64,000 bases of DNA from Harriotta raleighana (lineage: Eukaryota): assembly GCA_050575255.1 (NCBI GenBank), contig JBNZDD010013625.1, positions 2,909,362 through 2,973,361 on the forward strand. The letters are read 5' to 3'. The position numbers were made by a program, and so were the translations under genes. Positions 38,278-51,285 of this stretch are shown here, in pieces. Under the pieces are notes generated by a model that was given only the letters and a program-made list of their open reading frames with translations, was not told the origin of the DNA and did not search any database. Position 1 is the stretch's first letter; each line of letters begins with the position of its first letter.

Positions 38278-40731
38278 TTGAAGCATTCTGTGTCTCCCAG
38301 CTCTTGACCTAAAAGCTATTGTGTCATACCTAAACAAGTGTTTTTTTTGTAGTGTTACTTGGCGGTGCCTGAATACTATTAGTAATTATTTTAGGTAGGT
38401 GTTGACTGTTCATCCAGCCAACCCACACAATGTCCCAAAGTGTGACTCTTGACACACGTTCTCCCACAAAACAGTCACTCCACTTTACAGTAAATCCTAG
38501 AAGCGCTTTGGGACATCCTCCCAACATGAAAGGAGCTACATTAAATGTAAGGGTTATTATTATTATTATATATCACCTCGTCAGCGCAAATTGGCTGCCT
38601 TGTTCATCCACTAAAATCATCCCTGCACATTACTGTAAATCCTGTGAAGCGCTTTGAGATGTCTTCCTAGTTTGAAAGGCACTGTATCAAATATAGAGTT
38701 ATTATTATGATTATTATTCAGCAACTACAATAAACCATGGACTAGTTTGGTGTAGTCATTGCCACTCCCTGCCTCTGCTTTATTTTATGTAAATCATTCA
38801 TGACAGTTCAATATTATGAACTCTTTCCTTCTGAGAACTGTGCTGGTACTATTCCCAAATCATTTGACATTAGCCCCGACAGCCAGTAAAGCGAAAAAAG
38901 GATTTTATTTTATCCCCTGACGTTTTGGTCTTGGGTTCCAGAGGCCAAATGACATTTTGCTAACCATTGTATGGCCTCCTTGTCCACTCATCATTCATTT
39001 AGATACTATCAATCCAATTCCACGTGAGCACAGGCACTTAGCACAGAACTGCTGCCAAATCCAGCAAAACAAATAGCAATAAATATCCCTCTCAAGTTCA
39101 CAGTCCTCAAGGAAAGTTGGTGTAGCATGTGGAATCATCACATTGATTGAGTGCATTGAAATACCCCTCTTCTGAGTTAGGGGTTGGAGGCACAATGCCG
39201 AGAATCAATAGTAAGAAGACAATAGGATGTATATCGTGGTCTGTATTTGGCTTGCCATCATCCAGAGGATCCAATTCAGGATCCTGGTCCTCACATTCAA
39301 AGCCCTCCACAACCTCGCCCCAACATCCGTGACCTTCTAACTCCTTACCAACCTGCCCACTCCCTCTGCTCAGCAGGAGAAATTTGACAGGGGGGGGACA
39401 GAGAGGCTGAAGATCCGGCCACTGATGCAAGGCAGTGGAGGGCTTTGAGAGGATAAAGATTTTGAATTCTATCCTATTCAAGAAAGACATGCTTCGTACT
39501 TCTAGACTTTGACTATAAAGGTGACCAGAGCCCTTCGGGGGTGAAATTCCAGTCGGTGTTATATAGAGCTCCTTCGTGATGATTAATTATAATGGGTGAA
39601 ATCCCATTTGTGTCTGACATTGTCAAAGGCGCTGTGCGTTAACTCCAGCTGGATTTTCTTTCCAACGGTTCACGTGAAACATCTAGGGTGAGGTGGAGAG
39701 GTGCTTATGAACTTCTGTTGTTCCTCAGTCGCATGTCCCTTGCTACCCACAGCTCTGGTTGCAGGCACCAAGTCTGAGGCTCCTAATACAAGCTCAATTG
39801 ACAAGATTCGCACCTCAGGGTAAACATATTATGTTAAAGCCCTCTGTTGAGACTTGATCTTATAGAGCAACCAACACAGTGCAACCAATAATGATGAGTG
39901 TTTCCCCCAGGATCCTAGCCACCAATCCTCCAAATAAATTGGCTGAGTGCTATTGTTAGATCTCGCGAAGCACCAATTGTTTGTGTGTTTGGGTGCAAAT
40001 ACACAAGTCACTGACCTTGACACCAATTACCCGTGAAATACTTTTGAGACATGTCAACGTTATAGGCGTTACGTCGAACGCTGGGACTGTTGTTAGTGAA
40101 ATTTGACTTGGGTCAGGTTAGAGAGACATTCAATTTCCTTGCTTCCCAGACTCCACGTAGTGTTTCCCTACAGTGACCCTATCGGAATCGAGAGGTGAGG
40201 AAATCAAAAGTGTAGGCCATCAACCTACACTGTGCACACAGCTACACACAACCATAAACACAGCTTCTGGGGAGATTCAATCAGGTTCGGAGTCAGTGGT
40301 TAGTCAGAACTAATAGCTGTCCTGGTCAAACGCACAAAGCCGCTAGATATCAAGATATCAAGTACTTGGCTGTGAAGCCTCACTGTTGATTGTAGACCAA
40401 TAATACTCAGTGCAAAGACTCATTCACAAGTAATAAGTCACTTGGCAAGGAACCAGAGGTGGGGGGCTGGTTCCCTTGAAATCAAACTTCACTGGAAGGA
40501 AAAAAAGGGCTCAAAAAGGAGTTTGTGCAAAGAGCAATAGAGAAACAAGATTGAAGGAGAGCAGTGACTGAGTTGGAAGAAAATAATGTTTGGAATATGA
40601 TGGATTGGATGATGCAGGGGTCATCATATCTGCTGAGGGTTGGACATTGTAGTTTTTAACTTTGGGTTGATAACCATCATTGTTGCCAGCTTCCCTTGAG
40701 GGTCAGGCAGAAAAGTCACACAGATTCTCAT

Positions 40732-41160
40732 CTTTTATTTATTTTTATTTTTTATTTATTTATTGTATTTATATAGCGCCTTTCACGTCAGGAGGACGTC
40801 CCAAGGCGCTGTACAGTCAAGTGGGGGGAGGGGTCGGGGGAAGAAAAGTAGGAAAATACTGACTGTATATTTGTGGGCGAAACGCGGCAGCCAAATTGCG
40901 CACAGCATTGTCCCACAAACAGTCATGGAAGCGAGAGGGCCAGGGATGAAAGGGGGAAAGAGGGCAAGGGGAGGGGTTGGGGTAGGAGGAAGAGAGAAGG
41001 AAAACCAGGTGTATATCTGGGGAGAAACGCGGCAGCCAAAATGCGCACAGCAGTGTCCCCACAAACACACACGGAAATGGGGCCAGGGAAGAAAGGGGGA
41101 AAAAGGGACAAGGGGGGAGACGGAGGAAAACGCGGGTGGGGTAAAATCAGGGAGGAAAAA
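40732..41160 (-). mobile_element. Composite tandem-core retroposon, copy B (5'-truncated)
   Basis: Near-identical to 4507-4937. Confidence 0.85.
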
Positions 41161-41879
41161 TGGTTATTCTATTCAAGATTCACCACCTCCCTCAAGGGTT
41201 TAAATAGATTTGGAATTTGTGATTGCTAAAAATAAAAGTCTTCATGGTATAAAATCCTGCTAGAAAGATGTAAGGAAAAGCTGACAATTTTTAGCGATTG
41301 GGATTGATAGATTCCTTTGAGTAGAGCGTAGCAGGTTGTGTCTGGTTTACTGAAGGAATGAATTTAAGGGACTTAAATTCTTTTCTTGTTGTAGCTTCTA
41401 ATGTTCTTACATCCAAAGCCCAGAGGTTTCTTTAAAATAGTATTTGGGAATGATAGGAATATCAAAAACAGGGAAAGAAGGAGGTAATTCAGTCCACTAA
41501 GTCAGTTCCATTAGTTTGTTAGATTTTAACAAAGCTCATGTCTCACACCTTTAACATACCCCTTAATACCTCTGCTCTCCAAGTATCTGTCCCTCTCTTT
41601 TAAGCCTCCCTATTGGTTCCGCCTCTACAGTTTTCTAGGACAGAGGTCCCACTTTTTCACAACCCTCTGTGTGAAGAGATGCTTGCTGACCTCAGATTTG
41701 TTTATTCTATTCTGCTTTTGAACAAACTGCAATTTTCATACACTGAGGTTGTTGCATTAATCACAACTTCAGATTTGTGACCTATTTTCATGTGATGTCT
41801 GTGGTGAAATTCGCCAACCGTGAATCCCAAGTTGGCTCGATCCAAAGTAGATCCTCTAGATTCCAATGGTAATATCTGT

Positions 41880-42382
41880 AACCTATCGTATTCAACTCAT
41901 TCAAAACTCTGTCGCCCACATTCTCACCCGCACCAAACTTCGCTCCCCCATTACCCCAGTCCTTGCCAGACTTCACTGGCTCCCTGTCCCAGAGAGGATC
42001 GATTTCAAGATCCTCACCCTTGTTTCCAAATCCCTCCACTCCTCTCCACCCCTCTACCTCTCCGACCTCCTCTCTCTTCAAACATGCAGCCATTGCCTTC
42101 GCTCCACTGGGTCTGGCCTCCTCCGTGTCCCCCGAATCCTCCACCCCACCCTCGGTGGCCGTGCCTTCAGCCACTGTGCCCCAAGGCTCTGGAACTCCCT
42201 TCTGCACTCCCTTCGCCTCGCCCCCTCTCTTCCCAGTTTCAGGTCCCATCTAAAGACCTTTCTCTTCGACCAGGCCTTTAGACACCTTTCTACCCCGCTG
42301 CTGGCTCGGTCCCGTGATCCATTGTGAAGCGCTCTGAGACGCCATCTGGCGTGGAAGGCGCTATATAAATCAAAGTTGTTGT
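41880..42382 (+). mobile_element. L2 LINE 3' fragment with open ORF2 C-terminus
   Basis: RIQLIQNSVAHILTRTKLRSPITPVLARLHWLPVPERIDFKIL...LWNSL...FRSHLKTFLFDQAF; tail GGAAGGCGCTATATAAATCAAAGTTGTTG. Confidence 0.9.
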
Positions 42383-43526
42383 TCTGTTCCATTGCTCAAC
42401 TCTCTTTCTGCTGCAATTCAGGCATGAGCGGAGAGATGAGGGGAGAAAACAGAGCAAAAATATAGAGTTGATCCTGAAGTAACTATTTTAAGAAAACGGA
42501 ACCTGGTGTAGTTTTCACTCCCCATTAAATTTACAAAATTGGTTTGTGAATACAGGTATCACAAATTAGATCCCAATGTCTGCATTGACTCTATTATGGT
42601 ATGAAAAAGCTTTGAGTCTCTTCTTTTTTGAATCCTGATTTATACAGGTTCCAGGAACCATGTTTGTTTTCCAAAGTGGACTTTATCCTGTTTACATTTA
42701 TGCCCTCCATGGTCAGAATCTTACAGTGTTTTGAGGAATACACACTCAAGATTATCACCTCAGGATAAAAATATTAAGTTAAAGCCCCATGTTGAGACTT
42801 GATCTTATACAGCAACCACGTGTTTGAGCATAAGCACCTGGAGAAATGCATCGCAGACAATGACCCTCACGAATCCTTAGCTTAGCAGTGTCATTGCCGA
42901 GAACGACTAAGGAGCCCAACAATAGAACAGGCTACTGAAGGGAAGTACAGCAGCAGATAGCCTTCTATTCTGCCAACCTCCCCTTCTCTGCCTCAGTTGA
43001 GATACGTGTTGGCCAATGAGGGAGAAAATCGAGCAAAGATAGAGGGAGTTTTTGCTCAAATGATCTTTTTTTTTTGAAACCCTGCTATTTTGTACTCAAT
43101 ACTTTCATCTTCCTTTGGGGGTAAGTGTAGCAAACTCCAGTCACATTTATCAAATACCAAAGCAACATTTCTGAACTGTACATTTTGCATTTTAATCCTC
43201 AGTGCATTTGAATTTTTTTTCCACGTTTCAACCAATATTAAATCCTAAAGGCTTTACATAATCCTAAATGCTCTTCAATCTCCATTAAAGCATAGGATCT
43301 AAAGCTGGTAATGAAAGCTTTTATCAACAACATTATTAGTAGTAGTAGTATTAACAAAAAAAAGAATTCCTCTAGTGTGTATGTGTCTGTGTCTGTGTGT
43401 GTGTTCGCGCGTTCGTGCTTGTGTGTGTGTCTGTTGTGCTGGACTTCTAGGAGGCTTCACAATCCGCGATTGGGGCAGCTGTTTGCTGCCCTATGTAACT
43501 GATGCTGTTCTCTTGTCAAACCTTAG

Positions 43527-43691
43527 TTGATGGTGGGTGGACGGCATGGAGCAAATGGTCTACCTGTGGGACGGAATGCATGCACTGGCGGAGGAGGGAA
43601 TGCACAGCTCCTGCCCCCAAAAACGGCGGGAAGGACTGCCCTGGACCCGTGTTAAACTCCAAAAACTGCACCGATGGCTTATGCATGCAAA
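43527..43691 (+). CDS. UNC5C: UNC5C exon 7 (thrombospondin type-1 repeat 2)
   Basis: ccttag|TTGAT...CAAA|gtaagt; 165 nt; [55 protein letters not shown]. Confidence 0.97.
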
Positions 43692-46600
43692 GTAAGTGAG
43701 GGCACGGAAATCCGACTCGAGCCCACCAGCTAAAACGGTTCGTCAATCTGACCCCTTTCAGATCTAAAGGGAGGATTAGAGCCCCGAAGTTTATTTTGTT
43801 TCATTTCAGTATTATTTCAGTGTTTTGTATGCTTGCAATGAACCCTCCTGTGACTTACTGTGTATGACAACCCTTGGTGTGACGACCAACAGTGTGCCTG
43901 TCATTTATTTTCTTATTCTGGGCAGACAAGCAGTTTAGGCGAAGGTTCCCCAAATCTTTTCTCAGGTACTGGAAAGCTCAAAAAATTCACACTCGAGGAA
44001 TAAGAAAGGAAAGGCAGGTTAGGCCTGCACCAAGGTGTGGTAGGAGACAGACTCCTGACTGATTATTCCCCCTTCGCCGTGTTAGGGTTAGTCAGTCAAT
44101 AGACTCAGAATATGCCTGACCTACTGTTTACTGATTTACTCAATCCCAGGGGCTATTGCAAAGTGCCCATTAGCCAAGAGTGAAAGGTCTCTGTCCTAAG
44201 TTTTCAGCTGTGGAACCATACATCCCGGGGGAAAGAAATGATCGCAGGGATGGGAGAGGGAAATGTGATGGTAAAAATGAGATGTGTGCTCTGCTTGCAT
44301 CCACTTTTAATGTATGTCTATTATGAAACAATTTTTAGATAGCAGTGCTCCAATTGCTTATCGGAATAATTGTGCAGCCTGCAAACAGTTAGGAGATATA
44401 TATATATATATATATGCTTGCTATGCTGGTGGGAAGGTTGTGCCAGTGGAAAGCTTCAGTATATTTGGGCAATTGATACCTCTGATTGTATAAAGCTCCT
44501 GTTCCACAATGACTGAGTCACTTCACTCCCTAACCACCCCCTCCTCCCCACCATTGGCAGCTGTGCTTTCAGCCACCATACCCAAACTCAGCCTCAATCT
44601 GTCTCTCTTGTCCCACTTTGCCCAACTTCAGATCGCAGCTGAAGACTTTCCTCTTCATCCACGCTTTCAGTCATCTCCCCCTTTCTCCCTGCATCAAAGC
44701 CAAAATCTGTAGAGTGCGTCGAGACTCTGTGCCGAGGGAAGGGCGCTAAGTAAATGCATGTGGTTATTGTTGTTGAAGGCTTTTTATTTATACATCAATT
44801 GTGGCCCTCTTCTTATGGAGGCATTAACTTATTTCACTTCAGTACAGGGAGCGAAAAGTTCCAAGACTACCCTCAAATTCCTGACACAGGCTCCTATCAT
44901 TTGACAGTGAGTGGTGGCAGTCTATGCCACAGAAGGGATGGGGAACCATCATGGTGACACTTGATTCTGTCCCTGCCCAATCTTTTCTCACCTGCACCAG
45001 GGTCTCCGAGTAGCACTTAGAAACAGGAACTCAGGCTGATTCAACCCCCCCCTACCAACACCTCCATATCCCTAGGGACAAGGATTTTAATTGTTGCCTC
45101 CAAACGCGTCTTGACTCAGATGGGCTAACTCAGCACAACCATGTGACCATCCAATCTGTGTGGAACAACAAAAATTGCTGAATAAACCCTCTGTCCCATC
45201 CAGAAAGATAGCCAGAACCAAGTGCTTAATCCTCAGGGTCTCTCGCTTAATACTAGTGTCTGGATTTTTATAGCTACTAAACTGCATATCTGCATAATCA
45301 AAATTTTGCATGACAGAGTTGAAAAATTCAGTGAGAAACAAATCCTCCTTCTAAATACTGACCGTTGGGAAGTTCTTTCAGCTCCTGTGGGAGTCAGGTT
45401 AGTCCAACAAGTGAGTTCAAATGCAGTGGGAGATCGCATTTCTTCCTCTGAATTCCTGTGCTCAAATTGGCTGCCGCATTCCCCTACGAAAGTGCACATT
45501 CACTACACTTTACAGTAAAACCCTGTGGCTTCCTCCCCCTCCGGGTGTGAAAGGCGCTGAATCCAATGCAAGGATTATTTTTTTGAAATGGCAAGCACCT
45601 CACAAGTAGCTCCAATACTAGTCTATGCCTGTTGGTGGGGCTATTAAACCTTTGGTGCCCATTCTCCCACTGTGATTGTACTGCCACCATTAGTAATCTG
45701 GAGGTATTGATGTTCTCTGCTCTGAAGACATTGAAAACTATGGGTCTACGTTTATTTGTGGCTCCCAGATTTTTTTAATTAATTTTATGGAACACAAAAT
45801 TAATCGGAGGCTTGAGCATGTAAAATGTACGAGTGAATGATTACTAAACCAATCTCCTACCTCTCCAAACTGCTCACATCTCACTTCCCGACCCATCGCT
45901 GTTACTCAGCTATACGGCCTACACCTCCCTCGTCCCTTCTATGCCACCGTCGGTGCGGTGACTGTGCTTTCAGCCATGACACACAGACAACTCTGAAACT
46001 CTATGTCATGCCGATGAACTGGGCTGGCTGGTCTATCATCAGCAGTGTGCTGGAGTGCTGTGGATCGCGACGTGGACAACCAAGACTATCNCGCTGGAGT
46101 GCTGTGAATCGCCTGGATCAGGACGTGGACAACCGAGACTATCACAGAGTGGCGGCTGGATTCCAATATTACATTGCCAAGCTTANTGCTGGAGTGCTGT
46201 GGATCGCGACGTGGACAACCAAGACTATCACAGAGTGGCGGCTGGATTCCAATATTACATTGCCAAGCTTATGATCTTGGAGCCCGTTCCGTTCCAAAGA
46301 AACCTCGATTGCTTCCCTCCCTTCCTCGCCGCAAGTGAATAATTGAGTAAAGGACATCCCCGTTGTTGGAATCAGGGATTCTAATTGAGCCAAGTTGTTG
46401 AGGTCAGCTCTGCCCTTGGTGAAGGGGCCAAGCTTGGGAGGAAGGAGAATTGGAGGCACAGACTATATGAAGTCACCTGTTAACGACTGCCTCATTGCTG
46501 GCATTGGGAGAGGCTGAGGAACAGATTAAATCCTATTCCCGCAGGCTGCCTTGTANTGCATCTGCTCAGTATTTCCAGAGTCAGTGGCAGCCACTCCTGA

Positions 46601-46696
46601 TATTTTCATTTTCATCTTTATGTAAAAAAAAAANAGCTGAGCCATGTATTGCAGGCCACTCCTGATATTTTCATTTTCATCTTTATGTAAAAAAAA

Positions 46697-47000
46697 AATT
46701 ACATTTGTATGGTGCCTTTCATGTTGGGAGGATGTCCCAAGTCATTGTTTCGGACCCAAGAGCCGGGATCAGAGAGAGTGAAGGGAATGGGGGGGATGAG
46801 GATTGACTGATGGAACTGTCGAAGAGGAGGGTCTTGAAGGAGTCAAGAGAGGAAGGATGGGATTCTGAAGGTTGGGGACTGAGTGGCTGAAGGTGGTGAG
46901 GCAGATGGGTCGATGACGTGGAGCAGGACTGAACGCACTGAGCGGAGGGAACAGACTGGTTGGTAGCAGGTTGGGAGGTCGCAGAGGTAGGGTGGAAAAG
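46697..47000 (-). mobile_element. Decayed L2 3' fragment
   Basis: Reverse-complement tail ATTACATTTGTATGGTGCCTTTCATGTTGGGAGGATGTCCCAAG. Confidence 0.65.
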
Positions 47001-49278
47001 GACGAAAGGTTTAATTTTTCAAACAAATCATCTTGGAATCTGTTCAGCTCCACTAAAGCTGAACTGAGCTCAATATATCCTCGTGTGCGTTTGTGTGGGG
47101 TGGAAGAGAGAGCTGAACTGGGTCTGTGAGAAAAAAAATCAAGAGGAATTGCAGAACCATACTTTCTTTTGGCTGTTTTTTCTTCTCTCCACTGGAGATG
47201 ACTATTGAATGCAGAATGACTCCATGGGTGTCTGTGTACCTCTTTCTGAACAATGAATCTCGGCAAATTTTTTGACTGTGGGGAGATGGCCTGGGAGGCA
47301 GGAAAGATCAGAATCTTTTATTTAATCTATGGAGCCAATAATGCTATTGTCTTAATAATCATCTCAGGGTTAGCTGAGCAGACAATAAAACATCCATTGG
47401 GCCACATTTCTCCTCCATAACCAAGAATATGGCCTTGAACATTATTCAGACCAAATTACGAAGACGTAGGCTGGGACTTTGTTTACTTTAGTGCTCTCCT
47501 TGCCCCTGCTCCCTGAGCTCTACCAGGAACAGCCTCCAAGAGAACAAGAGTGCAAGTGGCTCAGAGTGACAACTCAAAGTAAAAAAAAGACTTGGTCTGG
47601 AGCTTTGAAAATCGTGCGCACGGAAGTAACATCACACAGCACTTCCAGCCATTAGTTAAAGCACGAAACTTTGAAATGGCTCCCTATGTCCCTTTTCGTA
47701 CCTAAACCAACTGATTAGGCCCTGATCTTGCTCCTTTTCATGCCTAATGCAACATCATCCACTTGACTGCCTCCTCTTCCTCCCCCATGTCGACCAGCAC
47801 CCCATCTCCCTGCTTCTCCATTGTTTCTGCCGCTTCGCTTACTGCCGCCCACAACCTATACTCCTTTACTCTCATCTCTCGTTTCCTCCCTCTCATCCAT
47901 CATCACCCAAATTAAACCCACCACCTGCTGCCCCGACCATGTGAATTGCATTGTCCAAATACAAGTTGTTGTGGATATGCTAGTGATTGCCTAATGTTAA
48001 TTGGCCATCACTGCTAAAGAGGACTGGACTGAATGACCCTGTATGTTAAGTAAAGCCCGCTTCTGCAACCCATCTACACTCACCATTAGCCTGTCACCTT
48101 GGGACCACACTGAACCTGCCCGCACCTTAATAAGAAGAGCAGGCTGCTCCCAGTATGCCCCCAGAAGCTGGCAATAAGTTTAAGAGCAATTCAGCGTCTG
48201 ATTTCCGCTGATGTCGCTACCCATTGAGTTTGATTCTCACAGAATATGAAGTGATCGCAGATCCTCAATTGAATTAGCGCTTTGTAACTCGCCGCCAGCC
48301 ATTTATAATTCAACACAGTAATAATAATCGTAGAATTCATTGCAAAGTTGTGGAGCGTGCTGCTTTGGCTATGAGTGTGACTTTAGGGAGTTTTCCCAGG
48401 GATTTATAGACTCCAGTATTTCTGTCTCATGATCCAAGCAGAATCTCATTAAACTCTGGTATCTGTTTCCCAGGTGGCTTCAAAGCCCATGGGATGCTTT
48501 GCCTTATTTTCTTCAACAGATACGCTCAACCTGAACCGAGCACTTCCTAATATAATTCCTTAACAGTGGTCTTTTAACAGCTGCGGTGCAGTGCAATTGC
48601 ATCGCGTCCTTTGGAAGGAATTTAAAAAGATTATTTTTTTCTCTCTCAAGTACAAATTGTCAGAAATTTCAACATAATGGATTAAATCTTGTATTCTTAG
48701 CGAAATCCTATTAGATAGCCATTAAACGTAAAGGGAAGTAGTCCCCCAGGAACTATGCAAGAGGGATCTTGTTGATGACTGATATTTAACCTGTGCCCGT
48801 AGCCATCAGCCTTCTGCCTACCCTCAGCACTAAGTACAGGGCAGTGTCAAGCAGTGCGATTACATTGAATCGGCCAGGATTATTCCAAAATGTAATCAGG
48901 GACGTGGAGCATATGGTTGCATTTGGGGCCTGAAAAGCTTCTACTTATGATAATGTGCGTCAACATTTACAGGCTCTCCATCCATTAGGTTTCTCCATAA
49001 AATTGCAATGTGCCAGAGCTGTCTCCTGGTGTTGGGAATGCATTGGGCTTGCATTTCAAGCTGTAATACAATCAGTCTGGCCATTACTTCTTAATGGAGC
49101 ACACTAAAATTCAATCAGCAGCTCCTGTATCTCTGTAATCTGCTGGAGCGTTGGTAACATTGCGTTTGAAGCCTATTGTTGTTTCCTGTGGGGGTTTTTT
49201 TTTACTTTGTTTAGAAACCTTTTTTTTAAAAAAACTTTTATTTCCAACCTCTTTTCTTTTTTGTTCGTTTCCTTGAAG

Positions 49279-49335
49279 GTTTATTTTATCAAATTTCCAC
49301 AGAACAGAAAGCTCGCAGCGACTTTGGATATTCCT
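49279..49335 (+). CDS. UNC5C: UNC5C alternative 57-nt juxtamembrane (stalk) microexon
   Basis: Long U-rich tract then ccttgaag|GTTTA...TTCCT|gtaagt; 57 nt, phase 1-1, no stop; gives SLFYQISTEQKARSDFGYSS, resembling the recalled 19-aa insert of the long rodent Unc5c isoform (SFIYPISTEHRPQNEYGFSS). Confidence 0.85.
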
Positions 49336-49384
49336 GTAAGTTTTGCTTTCTTCCTTTTATTTGGAGTTTATGTGGGGATTATAA

Positions 49385-49665
49385 TAGGGTGACCATAAAT
49401 CCTTGATTCCCGAGGTATTGTGTCTCTGGGGCCAAATTTGCCCCGTCTTGAGTTCAGCAACAAACTGAGCAAGAACAATAAAAATTTCCAAAACAGATCC
49501 GCTCATCAGAGAAACACAGCCATTAATCAAACACCGCTTCACCAATACTGCCAACCTCAGCAATTGTGGTGAGTTCATTTTATATATGTATATATACTAT
49601 ATATATATATATATACAGTATATGTATGTGTCCTCAGGTTTGATTTACAGGATATGGTCACCCTA
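49385..49665. mobile_element. hAT-superfamily (Blackjack-like) MITE
   Basis: 13-bp perfect TIR TAGGGTGACCATA...TATGGTCACCCTA; 8-bp target duplication GATTATAA / GATTGTAA; 281 bp with internal (TA)n. Confidence 0.88.
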
Positions 49666-50983
49666 GATTGTAACCCTTTCAGTTTGCCTTCATTTTATTT
49701 TAATTTCTTTTCTTTTGAATTTGCTTTTACGTTTCTTTGTTTTCCGATGTAAGTTCTTGGAGGACATCTCGCTGCCTGGATAAATAGTTCATTCAGGACA
49801 CACTGTAAGAGGGCTCATAAGCAGCATGTTAGATGTGAAGATTTAAAACCTCTCAGGCCTCGCTCTAGCTTTAATAATTGGTGGTCACTCAATCCACAAC
49901 CGTTTGCAGGACACTCTGTATGCAATTGGCTGCCGAGTCTGATCACAATAACAGTCAATTCACTTTACAGTATACAACAACAACAACTAAATTACACTTG
50001 TATAGCGCTTTTCACAAAAGGAGGATGTCCCAAGGCGCTGGACAGATACTATATCAGACCCAAGCTGGGGATGGGGAGCGGGGGGGCGGGGGGAGATGGG
50101 CGACGGCGTTGGGGGGAAGGGTGGGAAGCAGAGGGATGGGAAGGGAAGTGGGGAATTGGGAGTTGCTGATGGGACATATTCTGAGTATATTCTGAGAAAT
50201 GTTTTGAGACGTCCCAAAAGCATGACATATGCAGCAGGTCACTATATCAAAAGCAAGGATTTTATTATTACATTATTTCGAGGCAAGCGTCTGCCGAGGC
50301 ATGCGTCTTGTGAAAGATGAAGAAGCTGTGAAGTGTTCCTCTGTTGCAGACACAGTGGGCTGAATGGCCTTCTTCTGTGCGTTAGAAAAAAAAACGAACG
50401 ACAACAACAACAACTTGCACCCACATTTCCGTTGCTGGCTTCTGACATCGTCATAAATCGTAGCAACTCTTGTCCGACTTCTCCCAAAACCGCAGCTACT
50501 TAAATTGCTGCTCAACGAGCTTCCGCTGGCCAATGTGACCAATGGATTCTCCATTTGGCCTGTGGTTGACAGAGAACTGACTGATCCTGTTCAAAAAGAG
50601 ACGAGTGAGGTCTCTTTCTCGAGCTGTTTCTGATCAGCCTTGTGTCTGGTACATGGAGAAGCCCATCACTGAACTTTGAATGCCACGCATGGATATCCCA
50701 GAGATAGATGGTTGAAGGGAATGCCAACTTCCTCTCTCTCTCTCTCTCTCTCTCTCCCTGGAGGGATGCATTCTGCTTACGAAATTCCGGAAAATATCAG
50801 GTGCAGGTTGGCAAGAGCCAAGGTTTGGGGACCTCAGAGTGTGCGTTGGGGTAACTGCTGAACTTGGACCCCCTCCCTCCCCTGACCTTAATATTTTATG
50901 GGATATTTGGAGTGAATTTCATAGCACCATAGACTGCATCTGCTCAGTATTTCCAGAGTCAGTGGCAGCCACCAGTACAAAGC

Positions 50984-51285
50984 AACAACAATAACAAAAT
51001 TACATTTGTGTAGCATCTTTCACAAAAGGAGGACTTCCAAGGCGCTGGACAGTCACTGTGTCAGACCCGAGCTGGGGACGGGCAGGTTGGTAAGGGGTTA
51101 GAAGTTCATGGATGTAAGGTGGGGTGAGGTTGTGGAGGGCTTTAAATGTGAGAACCAGGTTCTTGGATTCAATCCTCTGGATGATGGGGAACCAATGGAG
51201 TCTGGCGAGCATGGGGGAGATGAGGTCATGGTGTTTGGAATAGTAGAGGACACGGGCCGCAGAGTTCTGGAAGATCTGCAACCTG
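50984..51285 (-). mobile_element. L2 3' fragment with internal deletion
   Basis: LQIFQNSAARVL...ISPMLARLHWFPI...LTFKALHNLTPPY joined to the L2 tail. Confidence 0.8.

Noticed and set aside
41866-42327. Independent protein-coding gene
   Set aside because: 5'-truncated L2 ORF2 C-terminal fragment with no RT catalytic core.
46048-46271. CRISPR-like or tandem repeat array
   Set aside because: Eukaryotic intron, no unique spacers; copies are separated by n and look like allelic assembly bubbles.
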